Source: an uncultured Amylibacter sp. (lineage in GTDB: Bacteria; Pseudomonadota; Alphaproteobacteria; Rhodobacterales; Rhodobacteraceae). From it: DNA of 64,000 nucleotides. A program made the position numbers and the translations under genes. The DNA lies in NCBI GenBank assembly GCA_963662815.2, contig CAXXWA010000036.1, positions 16,701 through 80,700 of the forward strand, given 5' to 3'. Shown here in pieces: positions 38,090 through 48,134 of this stretch; position 1 is the first letter of the stretch; each line of letters opens with the position of its first letter. The notes beneath the pieces were generated by a model, which saw only the letters and a program-made list of their open reading frames with translations, was not told where the DNA came from and made no database searches.

Positions 38090-38700
38090 TGCGAATGCTC
38101 CGCGAGCCGGTTGTCGTCCTTGCGACAGAAAACGCGGGAAAGCTCGAGGAGTTCCGGGATTTCCTGGCGCCGCACAACCTGAAGGCGGTTCCCGTCCGGG
38201 ATTACGGAATCGAACTTCCCGAAGAGACGGAAACAACATTTTCGGGCAACGCACTGCTGAAGGCGAGGTTCGCGGTCGCCGCCACCGGCGTCCCTGCCAT
38301 CGCGGACGACAGCGGCATCGCGGTCGATGCGCTTGACGGCCGGCCGGGCATTCACACCGCCCGCTGGGCCGAGACGCCGTCGGGGCGGGACTTCGACCTG
38401 GCGATGGGAAAAACCTGGCGGCTCCTCGAAGAACGGAACGCGCCTGAACCTAGGATTGCCCGGTTTTTCTGCGCTATAAGCGTGGCCTGGCCCGATGGCG
38501 GCGAGGCTGTGTTCGAAGGCGAGGTGCGTGGCCGCTTCGTCTGGCCGATGCGCGGCGATAGGGGCTTCGGCTTCGACCCTGTTTTCCAGCCCGACGGCAA
38601 AGATCTGACTTTCGCGGAAATGGACCCTCTCGACAAGCACCGCATGAGCCACCGCGCGCGGGCATTCGACAAGTTCCGTGCGGCGTGCCTCCGCGAATAG
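38089..38700 (+). CDS. rdgB: non-canonical purine NTP pyrophosphatase (RdgB/HAM1 family)
   Basis: ATG 38089 overlaps the rph TAA. The protein reads [22 protein letters not shown]...ADDSGIAVDALDGRPGIHTAR...GFGFDPVF...SHRARA. Confidence 0.9.
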   Translation: MRMLREPVVVLATENAGKLEEFRDFLAPHNLKAVPVRDYGIELPEETETTFSGNALLKARFAVAATGVPAIADDSGIAVDALDGRPGIHTARWAETPSGRDFDLAMGKTWRLLEERNAPEPRIARFFCAISVAWPDGGEAVFEGEVRGRFVWPMRGDRGFGFDPVFQPDGKDLTFAEMDPLDKHRMSHRARAFDKFRAACLRE

Positions 38701-39895
38701 GGATGCGGGGGACGGCAGACTTGCCGTCTACGTTCACTGGCCGTTCTGCGAATCCAGATGCCCCTACTGCGACTTCAATGTCCATGTCCGCCGCGCCGTG
38801 GACCAAGATCCCTGGGTGCGTGCGCTCGGACTCGAGATCGACCGGGTCGCCGAACGCCTGCCGCGTCGAAGCGCCGCCTCCATCTATTTCGGCGGCGGCA
38901 CGCCGAGCCTCATGTCCCCGGAAACCGTCGCCGCGGTGGTCGACAGGATACGATCATCATGGCCAGCGCCGCGACACGTGGAAGTCAGCCTCGAAGCAAA
39001 TCCGACCACTGTGGAATCAACGCGGTTCCGCGACTTCGCCTCCGCAGGCGTAAACAGGATATCCATAGGCGTCCAGGCGCTCTCGGACACGGACCTGATC
39101 CGGCTCGGCCGACGTCATACTGTCCAAGATGCCACGCAAGCTATTGATATTGCATGTAAATATTTTGACTCTGTCAGTTTTGACCTGATGTTCGCGCGCC
39201 AGGGCCAGACATTGTCCGCATGGAAAGACGAACTTGAACGGGCACTCCTGTTCGGTGTCGGGCATCTGTCGCTCTACCAGCTCACGATCAAGCCTGGCAC
39301 CCGATTTGCCGATCTGGCCCGGCGCGGCCGGCTGCGCCAGCTGCCCGGGGATGCGCTTCAGGCGGACATGCTCGAGGCGGCCTGGGACATCTGCGGGTCG
39401 AGAGGATTCGGGTCGTACGAGATTTCGAACCACGCTCGAGCGGGCTTCGAGTGCGTTCACAACCTCCACTACTGGCGATACGGAGAGTTTCTGGGCATCG
39501 GACCCGGCGCGGACGGGCGCGTTGACCTGGATGGAAGGGTCATCCGGTCCGCCGGTGAGCGCAATCCTGAAGCCTGGCTCGACGCTGTCCTTTCCGGCTC
39601 CACCGGATTGTCTGACATGGAGGAAATTCCGCCGATCCAACAAGGCGTCGAGTACCTCATGTCTTCGCTGCGTCTTGCGGAAGGTGCGGATCTCGATCGA
39701 TTCGAGGCGCTCTCCGGCGGAGCCCACATTCCTCTCCGCACCGACCGGCTCGTGGATGACGGGTTTCTCGAAATCGACCGGCGACGGATTCGGGCAACCC
39801 GCAGAGGCCGCCTCCTCCTCGACTCAGTCCTCCTCGAACTCCTGGACGAGTATTCGCCGGAAGAACAGCCGCAGCCGGTCGCAACCGGCGTCTGA
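38678..39895 (+). CDS. hemW: radical SAM family heme chaperone HemW (coproporphyrinogen-III-oxidase-like)
   Basis: GTG start 38678. It has the motif LAVYVHWPFCESRCPYCDF (CxxxCxxC) and the HemN_C-like C-terminus. Confidence 0.88.
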   Translation: MRRASANRDAGDGRLAVYVHWPFCESRCPYCDFNVHVRRAVDQDPWVRALGLEIDRVAERLPRRSAASIYFGGGTPSLMSPETVAAVVDRIRSSWPAPRHVEVSLEANPTTVESTRFRDFASAGVNRISIGVQALSDTDLIRLGRRHTVQDATQAIDIACKYFDSVSFDLMFARQGQTLSAWKDELERALLFGVGHLSLYQLTIKPGTRFADLARRGRLRQLPGDALQADMLEAAWDICGSRGFGSYEISNHARAGFECVHNLHYWRYGEFLGIGPGADGRVDLDGRVIRSAGERNPEAWLDAVLSGSTGLSDMEEIPPIQQGVEYLMSSLRLAEGADLDRFEALSGGAHIPLRTDRLVDDGFLEIDRRRIRATRRGRLLLDSVLLELLDEYSPEEQPQPVATGV

Positions 39896-39935
39896 CCGCT
39901 GCCCCGGCGGTCGCGACGCGGGCAATCCGATCCCG

Positions 39936-40847
39936 TCAGGTGTCTCCGAATCCGCCGAGGCGCAGGCACAGCGCATCGAGGTCGTCGAGCGTCTTGTAGG
40001 AAATCCTGATCGAGCCGCCGGTCGTGCCCATTCGGTGGTTGATGCTGACCGGCAACTTGAGATTTGCCGACAAACCGGCTTCCAATGCCCGCGTATCGGC
40101 ATCCTTCTGCGTGGGCACCGCCCGCGTCCCGCTCGCGCCGCCGTCTTCCCTTCTGACAAGCGCCTCGGTCTGGCGAACATTCAGGCCCCTGTCAACGACC
40201 AGCGCCGCAAGCCCGGACGGATTCCGGCTTGATACGAGCGCCCGCGCGTGACCCGCGCTTAATCTGCCCTCCTCCAGCATGCGACGGACATCTTCCGGCA
40301 AGCCGAGGAGCCGCACCATGTTTGCAACGTGACTCCTGCTCCTGCCGAGAAGCTCCGAGAGGCTGTTCTGCGTATGGCCGAACCTGTCCAACAGTTCTCG
40401 GTATCCGGACGCCTCCTCCACAGGATTGAGATCTACGCGCTGCACGTTTTCGACGAGGGCGATCTCGAGTGCCTGACTGTCGTCGAACTCACGCACCAAC
40501 GCGGGGATTTCATGGATTTGCGCCAACTGCGCAGCGCGCCATCTCCGTTCTCCGGCAACGATCTGGTAGGGCGTCTCGCCGGCAGGGTCGGTCCTGACCA
40601 GAATCGGCTGCAGGATGCCGTGACGCTTCATCGACTCCGAAAGGCCTTCGAGTTCCTTTTCGGAGAACCTGCGGCGAGGCTGCTCCGGATTCGTGCGGAC
40701 CAGTTCCACGGGGACCATGACGCTGCCGATTGAAGTTTCCTCGTGCCGCCCGGCCGGGCCGGCTTCTGGGGCGAGGGGGCCGCCGCCGACGCCGAGTTCG
40801 CCGATCAACTCCGTGAGACCGCGTCCCAGTCCTCTCTTTTCCGCCAT
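39936..40847 (-). CDS. parB: chromosome partitioning protein ParB
   Basis: 303 aa. It has MAEKRGLGRGLTELIG, the GERRWRAA box and an HTH region. Confidence 0.95.
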   Translation of the reverse strand: MAEKRGLGRGLTELIGELGVGGGPLAPEAGPAGRHEETSIGSVMVPVELVRTNPEQPRRRFSEKELEGLSESMKRHGILQPILVRTDPAGETPYQIVAGERRWRAAQLAQIHEIPALVREFDDSQALEIALVENVQRVDLNPVEEASGYRELLDRFGHTQNSLSELLGRSRSHVANMVRLLGLPEDVRRMLEEGRLSAGHARALVSSRNPSGLAALVVDRGLNVRQTEALVRREDGGASGTRAVPTQKDADTRALEAGLSANLKLPVSINHRMGTTGGSIRISYKTLDDLDALCLRLGGFGDT

Positions 40848-40891
40848 GTCCGGCCTTCCCTTGCTTGGTTCAGTTGTCTCGCGTCATTCGA

Positions 40892-41680
40892 TCATCGGCC
40901 CGCCGGCGGAGCGGCCGCGTTCAGGAACTCGGCAGCGAGTTCCCTGTAGGCGCGGTTGCCGGTGCTGCCAGGATCGTACTGCGCGACGGGCACCCCGTGG
41001 GACGGAGCTTCGCTGAGGCGAACATTCCTCGGAATAACTGTCCTGTAGACCAGCGTACCGAGGTTCTCCCGGGCATCCTGCTCGACCTGGACGGAAAGGT
41101 TGTTCCGACGATCGAACATGGTGAGCAAGACGCCCTCGACCCGCAATCCGGCATTCAGACTCTCCCGGACCTTTCTTATGGTCAGAATGAGTTGCGACAG
41201 GCCTTCAAGCGCAAAGAACTCGCACTGTACGGGAATCAGGGCCGAGTGGCTCGCTGCCAGTGCGTTCAGCGTAAGCAGGTTGAGAGACGGCGGACAATCG
41301 ATCAGGACATAGTCCGGCATCTCCGGAAACCCCGCCAGATCGCGAAACGCGTCCTTCAGTCGCAGCGCCGGCTGCCGGAGCCTGACCAGTTCAACGTCTG
41401 CCGAACTGAGGTCGGTCGCGGACGTCGCAATCTTGAGGCCCTTGACCAGTGTCTCGACGCTCGCCGCCTTCAAGGGGGCATTGTCGACAATGACGTCGTA
41501 CATTGTCGTCTCCCTCGCCCGGGGGTCGATACCAAGGCCGGTCGATGCGTTGCCCTGCGGATCCAAGTCGACGAGAAATACCCGCTTCCCGGCCAGGGCG
41601 AGCGATGCGCCAAAATTGATCGCCGTCGTTGTTTTCCCGACACCGCCCTTTTGATTGGCTATGGCAATGATCTTGGACAC
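40892..41680 (-). CDS. parA: chromosome partitioning ATPase ParA (Soj)
   Basis: 262 aa with the deviant Walker A IANQKGGVGKTTT. Confidence 0.95.
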   Translation of the reverse strand: MSKIIAIANQKGGVGKTTTAINFGASLALAGKRVFLVDLDPQGNASTGLGIDPRARETTMYDVIVDNAPLKAASVETLVKGLKIATSATDLSSADVELVRLRQPALRLKDAFRDLAGFPEMPDYVLIDCPPSLNLLTLNALAASHSALIPVQCEFFALEGLSQLILTIRKVRESLNAGLRVEGVLLTMFDRRNNLSVQVEQDARENLGTLVYRTVIPRNVRLSEAPSHGVPVAQYDPGSTGNRAYRELAAEFLNAAAPPAGR

Positions 41681-41690
41681 TTTTCGCCTG

Positions 41691-42338
41691 TCATCCCCGG
41701 TGCGAACGGGACATGCACTCGATTTCGAGAATCCTGGCCTCCCGGTCGGTCAGGCTTGGAAACTCCGACAAGGAAAACTCCCATGTCCTTCTGGCATCGG
41801 CTACTTCACTAGCATGACCGCGACCCTTCAGGAACAGGCAAACGCCACGTCCCCGAAGCAGGTGCGAAGCCAGCGGAAGCAGCTCCTGCAGGGGCGCAAC
41901 GGCGCGTGCGGACACGATGTCGAAGCAGGCGCCATCCATGTCCTCCGCTCGCGAATTGACGACCCTGACCGATGTCGATGTTTCACGTGAAACATTTTCC
42001 AGGAATGCGCACTTGCGCGAATTGCTCTCGATCAGACTGACGCACAGCCCGGGAATCTGGTCCAGCGCCAGCATTGCCGCGACCATTCCCGGAAAGCCGC
42101 CACCGCTTCCGAGATCCGCCCAGGTTTCCGGACTGCGCTTCGAAGCAAGCGGAAGGAGCTGGGCAGAGTCGAGGAAATGCCGGCTCCAGACGGCATCCAG
42201 CGTGCGCCCCGAAACGAGGTTCAGGGAGGAATTCCACTTCCGGAGAAGCTCCGCATATCGTTCGAGCCGGCAAAATGTTTCACGTGAAACACCGATGTCC
42301 TCGAAAAGCCGCCTGCGCGCATCGTCCTCCGGATTCAT
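41691..42338 (-). CDS. rsmG: 16S rRNA (guanine527-N7)-methyltransferase
   Basis: 215 aa. It has the GidB N-terminal VSRET motif, the SAM motif [10 protein letters not shown], and an ATGA overlap with the mnmG stop. Confidence 0.92.
   Translation of the reverse strand: MNPEDDARRRLFEDIGVSRETFCRLERYAELLRKWNSSLNLVSGRTLDAVWSRHFLDSAQLLPLASKRSPETWADLGSGGGFPGMVAAMLALDQIPGLCVSLIESNSRKCAFLENVSRETSTSVRVVNSRAEDMDGACFDIVSARAVAPLQELLPLASHLLRGRGVCLFLKGRGHASEVADARRTWEFSLSEFPSLTDREARILEIECMSRSHRG
41978..41993. promoter_or_regulatory. parS: parS centromere site (perfect palindrome TGTTTCACGTGAAACA) inside rsmG
   Basis: This is an exact 16-mer that matches the universal parS consensus TGTTNCACGTGAAACA. It encodes the ..NVSRET.. 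segment of RsmG. Confidence 0.85.
42276..42291. promoter_or_regulatory. parS: parS centromere site (perfect palindrome) inside the rsmG 5' region
   Basis: Exact TGTTTCACGTGAAACA. It encodes the conserved N-terminal GVSRET motif of RsmG. Confidence 0.85.
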
Positions 42339-44215
42339 GCGCTCCGCCGTTTCGAACCGGTCTCGAGGCGGCGGAGCCGCCCCAGGATGAGAATCAGGGC
42401 GGCTGGAGTCATCCCGTCGATCCGTCCGGCCTGGCCAAGCGTTCCGGGCCTGATGCGCAGGAGCTTTTGCCGGAGTTCGTTCGACAGGCCGGGAATTTCG
42501 TCATAGGACATCCCGGCCGGAATCCGGATTCCCTCGTCTCGACGCAGGGCCCTTGCATCTCGTTCCTGCGCCTCGATGTAGTGCATGTAGGTCGCGTCCC
42601 TTTCGAGCTGGACAGCGATCTCGTCGGGAACTTCCGCAAGATCCGGCCAGATTGTCGCAAGCCTGGCGAAATCTATGTCCTTTCGGGACAGGAGCTCCAT
42701 GCCGTTGCGGCGAATTCCGTCGTGATTCAGGGCGATTCCCGCCTTTTCCGCCTCATTGGGCGTCAGGGACACGTCCCGCAACCGTGATCCGGCCGAGTTC
42801 AGGAGATCCATCTTCCGATCGTGAAACCGGCGGCGCGCCTCGCCAACGCATCCGATCCCGATGCCGACGCCCGTCAGGCGCTGGTCGGCATTGTCGGCGC
42901 GAAGCGACAGCCGATACTCCGCCCGCGACGTGAACATCCTGTAGGGCTCGGCCACGCCGCGCGTCACGAGATCATCGATCATGACCCCGATATAGGAATC
43001 CATGCGGCTGAATGTCACGGAATCCCGGCCGGCCGCGAGGGAAGCCGCATTGAGACCCGCGACGAGCCCCTGGGCTGCCGCCTCCTCGTATCCCGTCGTG
43101 CCGTTGATCTGGCCGGCGAGAAAGAGTCCGGGCACGTCCTTCACTTCCAGCGACGGAGACAGCGAACGCGGATCGACATAGTCGTACTCGATCGCGTATC
43201 CCGGCTGCGTGATTGCGGCGGTTTCAAGCCCGGCGATGGTGCGCACGTAGGCCTTCTGCACGTCGGCGGGCAAGGACGTCGAAATCCCGTTCGGGTAGAC
43301 GGTCACGTCATCAAGCCCTTCCGGTTCAAGGAATATCTGGTGCGACTTCCTTTCCGCGAACCGGGTGACCTTGTCCTCGACCGACGGGCAGTAGCGCGGC
43401 CCGATTCCCTCGATGTGACCGCCGTACATCGCGGATCGCGAAAGGTTTTTCCGGATTATGTCGTGCGTGCGCTCATTCGTCTGCGTTATTCCGCAGGAAA
43501 CCTGCCGGACAGCGGGCATCCCGGAAAGAAACGAGAACATCACGGGATCGCTATCACCCGGCTGCTCGCCGACAGCGCCCCAGTTCACGGTTCGGCCGTC
43601 CAGTCGCGGAGGGGTGCCGGTCTTCAGCCTGCCGAGGGGAAGCGAGTACGAGTCGAGACGCTCGGCAAGACGAACCGCGGGTGAATCGCCGATGCGCCCG
43701 CCCTGCATCCTGGCGTCGCCAACATGCACCACGCCGCGCAGGAATGTCCCGGCCGTCAGAACAACGGCGCCAGCGGGCACTTCCGCGCCGTCTGCGAGGA
43801 TGACTCCCGCGACCCGCGAGCCCTCCACGAGGAAATCCGTGACCTCGCCCTGCACCACGTCGAGACCGGGAAGGCCGCGGAACTCCGCCTGCATTCCCGA
43901 TCGGTACAGGGCGCGGTCCGCCTGAGCCCTCGGACCCTGCACGGCCGGCCCCTTCCGCCGGTTCAGCAGCCGGAACTGGATGCCGGCCCGATCCGCCACA
44001 CGGGCCATGAGTCCGTCGAGGGCGTCGATTTCGCGAACCAGGTGGCCCTTGCCCAGGCCGCCGATCGCCGGGTTGCAGGACATTTCGCCGATGCGGTCGA
44101 AACGGTGGGTCACGAGAATCGTCCGGGCGCCGGTGCGCCACGCGGCATGCGCGGCCTCGGTTCCCGCGTGTCCGCCGCCCACGACGACCACCGCGGTTCC
44201 GTCTTCGCGGTCCAT
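42335..44215 (-). CDS. mnmG: tRNA uridine 5-carboxymethylaminomethyl modification enzyme MnmG (GidA)
   Basis: The start is taken at ATG 44215 ([22 protein letters not shown]...). The track ORF starts at GTG 44272 and would read through the parS site. Confidence 0.93.
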   Translation of the reverse strand: MDREDGTAVVVVGGGHAGTEAAHAAWRTGARTILVTHRFDRIGEMSCNPAIGGLGKGHLVREIDALDGLMARVADRAGIQFRLLNRRKGPAVQGPRAQADRALYRSGMQAEFRGLPGLDVVQGEVTDFLVEGSRVAGVILADGAEVPAGAVVLTAGTFLRGVVHVGDARMQGGRIGDSPAVRLAERLDSYSLPLGRLKTGTPPRLDGRTVNWGAVGEQPGDSDPVMFSFLSGMPAVRQVSCGITQTNERTHDIIRKNLSRSAMYGGHIEGIGPRYCPSVEDKVTRFAERKSHQIFLEPEGLDDVTVYPNGISTSLPADVQKAYVRTIAGLETAAITQPGYAIEYDYVDPRSLSPSLEVKDVPGLFLAGQINGTTGYEEAAAQGLVAGLNAASLAAGRDSVTFSRMDSYIGVMIDDLVTRGVAEPYRMFTSRAEYRLSLRADNADQRLTGVGIGIGCVGEARRRFHDRKMDLLNSAGSRLRDVSLTPNEAEKAGIALNHDGIRRNGMELLSRKDIDFARLATIWPDLAEVPDEIAVQLERDATYMHYIEAQERDARALRRDEGIRIPAGMSYDEIPGLSNELRQKLLRIRPGTLGQAGRIDGMTPAALILILGRLRRLETGSKRRSA

Positions 44216-44225
44216 GTCGTCCCTA

Positions 44226-44241
44226 TGTTTCACGTGAAACA
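44226..44241. promoter_or_regulatory. parS: parS centromere site (perfect palindrome) in the mnmE-mnmG spacer
   Basis: Exact TGTTTCACGTGAAACA, 11 nt upstream of the preferred mnmG ATG. Confidence 0.85.
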
Positions 44242-44268
44242 CTGTACGGTCCCTCGGAGTGAGCGGGT

Positions 44269-45582
44269 TCACTTCCCCATGCAGAAACTGGCGAATATCT
44301 CGTCCAGAACGTCTTCTACATCAACCCGCCCGATTATGGAATTCAGAGCGTGCGCGCAGCTCCGGAGTTCCTCGTAGACAATCTCCGGCTCTCCGCGTTC
44401 GCGCCGGAGCTGTTCGCGGGCAGCGACAAGGCACTCGAGCGCGCGGGAAATCGCGTCGCGGTGACGTCCGCGAACCGCGGACTGCGACGGCACCACACGC
44501 GTCGACAGGTTCTTGTCGAGCATTCCGATGATTTCTTCGATTCCCTGTCCCGTGACGCCGGACACGGGCAGCCCCGACCCCCGGTCATGGATGTCGCACT
44601 TTCCCCGGCAGACGATGTCTCCCGGCCGGCAGTCCACGCCCAGTCCGGACATCCCTCCGCCAAACGTAAGGAACAACCGGACGTCGGCGCATTCCGCCCT
44701 GCTTCTGGCCCTTTCGATTCCCAGCGTTTCGACGTCGTCCACGCCGTCCCTGAGCCCCGCCGTATCGAGAAAAATGACGGGAATTCCGTTCACGTCCATC
44801 CTGACCTCGATGACGTCGCGGGTGGTGCCGGCCGTTTCGGACGTAATCGCCGCTTCCCGGCCGGCAAGCGCGTTCAGAAGTGTCGACTTACCGACATTTG
44901 GCGGCCCGATGATCGCAACCTCGAATCCGTCGCGAACGCGTTCCGCGGCAAAAGAGCCGCTGATCTCGCCTCGGAACCCGGCTTCGAGGTCATCCAGGGT
45001 GCGAAGCACGCCGGTCCGCGCGTCGACAGGAACGTCGTCCTCGTCCGGAAAATCGATTGTCGCGTCGAGCAGGGCCATCGCCCGAATGAGAGACGAGCGC
45101 CACTCCTCGACTAGGTTCCGCAAGCCACCGCGCATCACGTGCAGCGCCTGCACGCGCTGATGTTCGGTTTCCGCCTCGATCAGGTCCGCGAGACCTTCGA
45201 CCTGGCTGAGGTCAAGGCATCCGTTGTCGAGCGCACGACGCGTGAACTCGCCGGGTCTCGCATGTCGAAGCCCCGGAAGGCACGCAAGCGCAGCCTGGAT
45301 CGCCTGGACAACGGCGGGGCTTCCATGTACTTGAAATTCCACGGTTTTTTCGCCGCTGAAGCTCGCACCACGGTCGAATGCAAGGACAAGCGAGCTGTCC
45401 AGAACGTCTCCGTTTGCGTTCCTCAGCGTGCAGAGCGACGGTCGTTTGACGGGGATAGCCTTGCCGCAGAGACTTCGGGCCGCCAGAAAGGCCGAGGGCC
45501 CCGATACCCGGACCACCGCGATGCCGGCCTTGCCCCGCGCGGATGCGAGAGCAAATATCGTGTCGGGCTCTGCATCATTCAT
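44269..45582 (-). CDS. mnmE: tRNA modification GTPase MnmE (TrmE)
   Basis: 437 aa. It has the N-terminal [21 protein letters not shown], the G domain [12 protein letters not shown] / DTAG, and the C-terminal FCMGK motif. Confidence 0.95.
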   Translation of the reverse strand: MNDAEPDTIFALASARGKAGIAVVRVSGPSAFLAARSLCGKAIPVKRPSLCTLRNANGDVLDSSLVLAFDRGASFSGEKTVEFQVHGSPAVVQAIQAALACLPGLRHARPGEFTRRALDNGCLDLSQVEGLADLIEAETEHQRVQALHVMRGGLRNLVEEWRSSLIRAMALLDATIDFPDEDDVPVDARTGVLRTLDDLEAGFRGEISGSFAAERVRDGFEVAIIGPPNVGKSTLLNALAGREAAITSETAGTTRDVIEVRMDVNGIPVIFLDTAGLRDGVDDVETLGIERARSRAECADVRLFLTFGGGMSGLGVDCRPGDIVCRGKCDIHDRGSGLPVSGVTGQGIEEIIGMLDKNLSTRVVPSQSAVRGRHRDAISRALECLVAAREQLRRERGEPEIVYEELRSCAHALNSIIGRVDVEDVLDEIFASFCMGK

Positions 45583-45604
45583 GTGCGGCGGCAGTCGGAG
45601 CGGA

Positions 45605-46894
45605 TCAGGTGTTCATCGAGTCGAAGAACTCAGTGTTCGTCCTCGTCTTCCTGAGCTTGTCCAGAAGGAATTCGATGGCGTCGGTGGTTCCCATCGGGTT
45701 CAGAATTCTCCGCAGGACGAAGGTCTTCGCAAGTTCCCCCTTGCTGACCAGAAGATCCTCCTTCCGCGTGCCGGACTTCAGTATGTCGATCGACGGGAAA
45801 ACCCGCTTGTCCGCGACCTTGCGATCAAGAACGATTTCGGAGTTCCCGGTACCCTTGAACTCCTCGAAGATGACCTCGTCCATCCGGGATCCGGTGTCGA
45901 TCAGGGCGGTTGCAATGATGGTCAGCGATCCGCCTTCCTCTATGTTCCGGGCGGCACCGAAAAACCGTTTCGGCCTCTGCAGCGCGTTTGCGTCCACGCC
46001 ACCGGTGAGTACCTTGCCCGACGAAGGCACGACGGTGTTGTAGGCGCGTCCGAGACGCGTGATGGAATCGAGAAGGATCACCACGTCCCGCTTGTGCTCC
46101 ACCAGCCGCTTCGCCTTCTCGATGACCATCTCGGAGACCGCCACATGACGCGTAGCAGGTTCGTCGAATGTCGAGGAGACGACCTCGCCCTTCACCGAAC
46201 GCTGCATGTCCGTGACTTCCTCGGGACGTTCGTCAATCAGCAGCACGATCAGGTAGCACTCCGGATGGTTTTTCTCGATTGAGTGCGCGATGTTCTGCAG
46301 GATCACCGTCTTGCCGGTTCGCGGCGGCGCAACGATCAGCGAGCGCTGACCCTTTCCGATCGGCGCGACGAGATCGATGACCCGCGCCGACTTGTCCTTT
46401 ATTTCCGGATCGGGGATTTCCATCTTCAGCCGCGTATCGGGGTACAGCGGCGTCAGGTTGTCGAAATGCACCTTATGGCGCGCGCTGTCCGGTTCGCTGA
46501 AATTTATCGACGAGACCCTGACGAGTCCGAAGTACCGTTCGTTTTCCAGGGGCGCGCGAATGACGCCTTCGACAGTGTCCCCGGTCTTGAGGGAGAATTT
46601 CCTGATCTGGTTCGGGCTGACGTATATGTCCTCCTGCCCCGGAAGGTAGTTCGCCTCGGGCGAACGCAGGAAACCGAACCCGTCCTGCATGACCTCGAGC
46701 ACGCCGTCGCCCGAGATCTCCGCACCGCCCTCGGCCTTCTCCTTGAGAATCGCGAACATCATTTCGCCCTTGCGCATGGGCGCCGTGCTCTCGAGTTCGA
46801 GTTCCTTTGCCATGCGCAGCAGGTCCGCGGGGCTCTTCGCCTTCAGTTCGGAAAGCGTAAGCGATTCCTGCTTCATCAAAGTGTCTGGATTCAT
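45605..46894 (-). CDS. rho: transcription termination factor Rho
   Basis: 429 aa. It has the N-terminal [13 protein letters not shown], the RNA-binding GFGFLR, Walker A PPRTGKT, and a C-terminus typical of Rho. Confidence 0.96.
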   Translation of the reverse strand: MNPDTLMKQESLTLSELKAKSPADLLRMAKELELESTAPMRKGEMMFAILKEKAEGGAEISGDGVLEVMQDGFGFLRSPEANYLPGQEDIYVSPNQIRKFSLKTGDTVEGVIRAPLENERYFGLVRVSSINFSEPDSARHKVHFDNLTPLYPDTRLKMEIPDPEIKDKSARVIDLVAPIGKGQRSLIVAPPRTGKTVILQNIAHSIEKNHPECYLIVLLIDERPEEVTDMQRSVKGEVVSSTFDEPATRHVAVSEMVIEKAKRLVEHKRDVVILLDSITRLGRAYNTVVPSSGKVLTGGVDANALQRPKRFFGAARNIEEGGSLTIIATALIDTGSRMDEVIFEEFKGTGNSEIVLDRKVADKRVFPSIDILKSGTRKEDLLVSKGELAKTFVLRRILNPMGTTDAIEFLLDKLRKTRTNTEFFDSMNT

Positions 46895-47558
46895 TGCAAA
46901 TTCCGCGCCGCCGCACCGTCGACTGGCGGCATGAGTCTGATCATTGGAAACGGCTCTCTTGACGGTCGGGAAACCGAGCCGAACGACAATTACCGCACCG
47001 CACCGGGGAATGTCAAATCCGACGGCGGCGCGTCAGGGAACTTCACTATGTCATATTTGCTGTCAATTTCTGATTCGGACGGTGCAGACAATGCGGGAAT
47101 TCCGGGCGGAATCCAGAATCGCCGTGCACGTCCGCAATCGGGCGGAAAGGCTGCCTCTCGACCGTGCGGGACTGTCCCATACATCTTGGAAGAATGGTCG
47201 CAAGATCGAAACGGCGGCATAGTTGGCTTGCTGACAAAGTCCAGGCTCAACACGGCCGGTCACTCTGCGAATTTCTTGCAGGCAGCGCGCGCATTTGGCG
47301 TTCAACCTCCGCGCCAAGCCAGCTTGACACGCTGCCCGGACAATTCTCCCGTAAAACGGGAAGAAACATTCATGGTCATCGTCATGACCGTCTTTGCGTT
47401 CTTTGATGAGCCGCTGCCGTGACCACAAAGTACACGGGTGCCCAATGAGCCAGAACGACATTGTATTCCCGGCCCGCAGAAGTTGCGAAAATAGGGGAAC
47501 GAGGTTGTGAACCCCCCGCACGAACTGACCTGTGTTTCGTGACAACCAACCGCTTTTC

Positions 47559-48134
47559 CTATGGCGACTGCACGCACCTCAAGGCTTGGCATTTGGCATC
47601 CCTAAAACAGACAAAGCTTTGCGACGAATTCGCCGTAGGATCCATGTGCTGTCCAATTTTGTTCGCTGCCTTCACCTTGGACAAGCCGTTCACATAGTAA
47701 CCGTGCTTCTTCATGACGCGTTCGAATGCCTCCCATGTACCACCCGCAATAGAATCAGGATTCCTGTAGGCCCTTTTGCGAGGAACATTCGCTGACACCC
47801 TCGGGTAAGCCCTTGTCACTGCGCGCCAGTCTCCGAAATACCACGCTTCCACTTCCTCTATGGCAATACGCGTTACCACCTGCCAGTCATGTCCAACTGA
47901 GGCACTCTTGCTTCGTAACCCTGCTCGATCGCAAATCTCCTCCAGTCTTGACTTTAGGTTCTTGCAGTTCTCGCCGTCTCGGTCCACGACGACAACGACG
48001 CAATGCTCGGGCGTTAGCCATGTAGCGTAGCCCCTGAGGCGCGCCTCAAGCTTTCGCAAAAATGCATGCTTGCCCTGATAAGAGTGAATCTGGAATCCGC
48101 AGCTTTTCGGAAGAAATGTCGGCAGCCATTTCAA
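47559..48134 (-). CDS. DUF4276-like small Toprim-like protein, partner of the upstream ATPase
   Basis: 191-aa ORF from TTG 48134, overlapping the ATPase stop (TTGA). Motifs [52 protein letters not shown] (DxD), [13 protein letters not shown] and ..NSSQSF resemble the DUF4276 family as I remember it. The family assignment is from memory only. Confidence 0.55.
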   Translation of the reverse strand: MKWLPTFLPKSCGFQIHSYQGKHAFLRKLEARLRGYATWLTPEHCVVVVVDRDGENCKNLKSRLEEICDRAGLRSKSASVGHDWQVVTRIAIEEVEAWYFGDWRAVTRAYPRVSANVPRKRAYRNPDSIAGGTWEAFERVMKKHGYYVNGLSKVKAANKIGQHMDPTANSSQSFVCFRDAKCQALRCVQSP

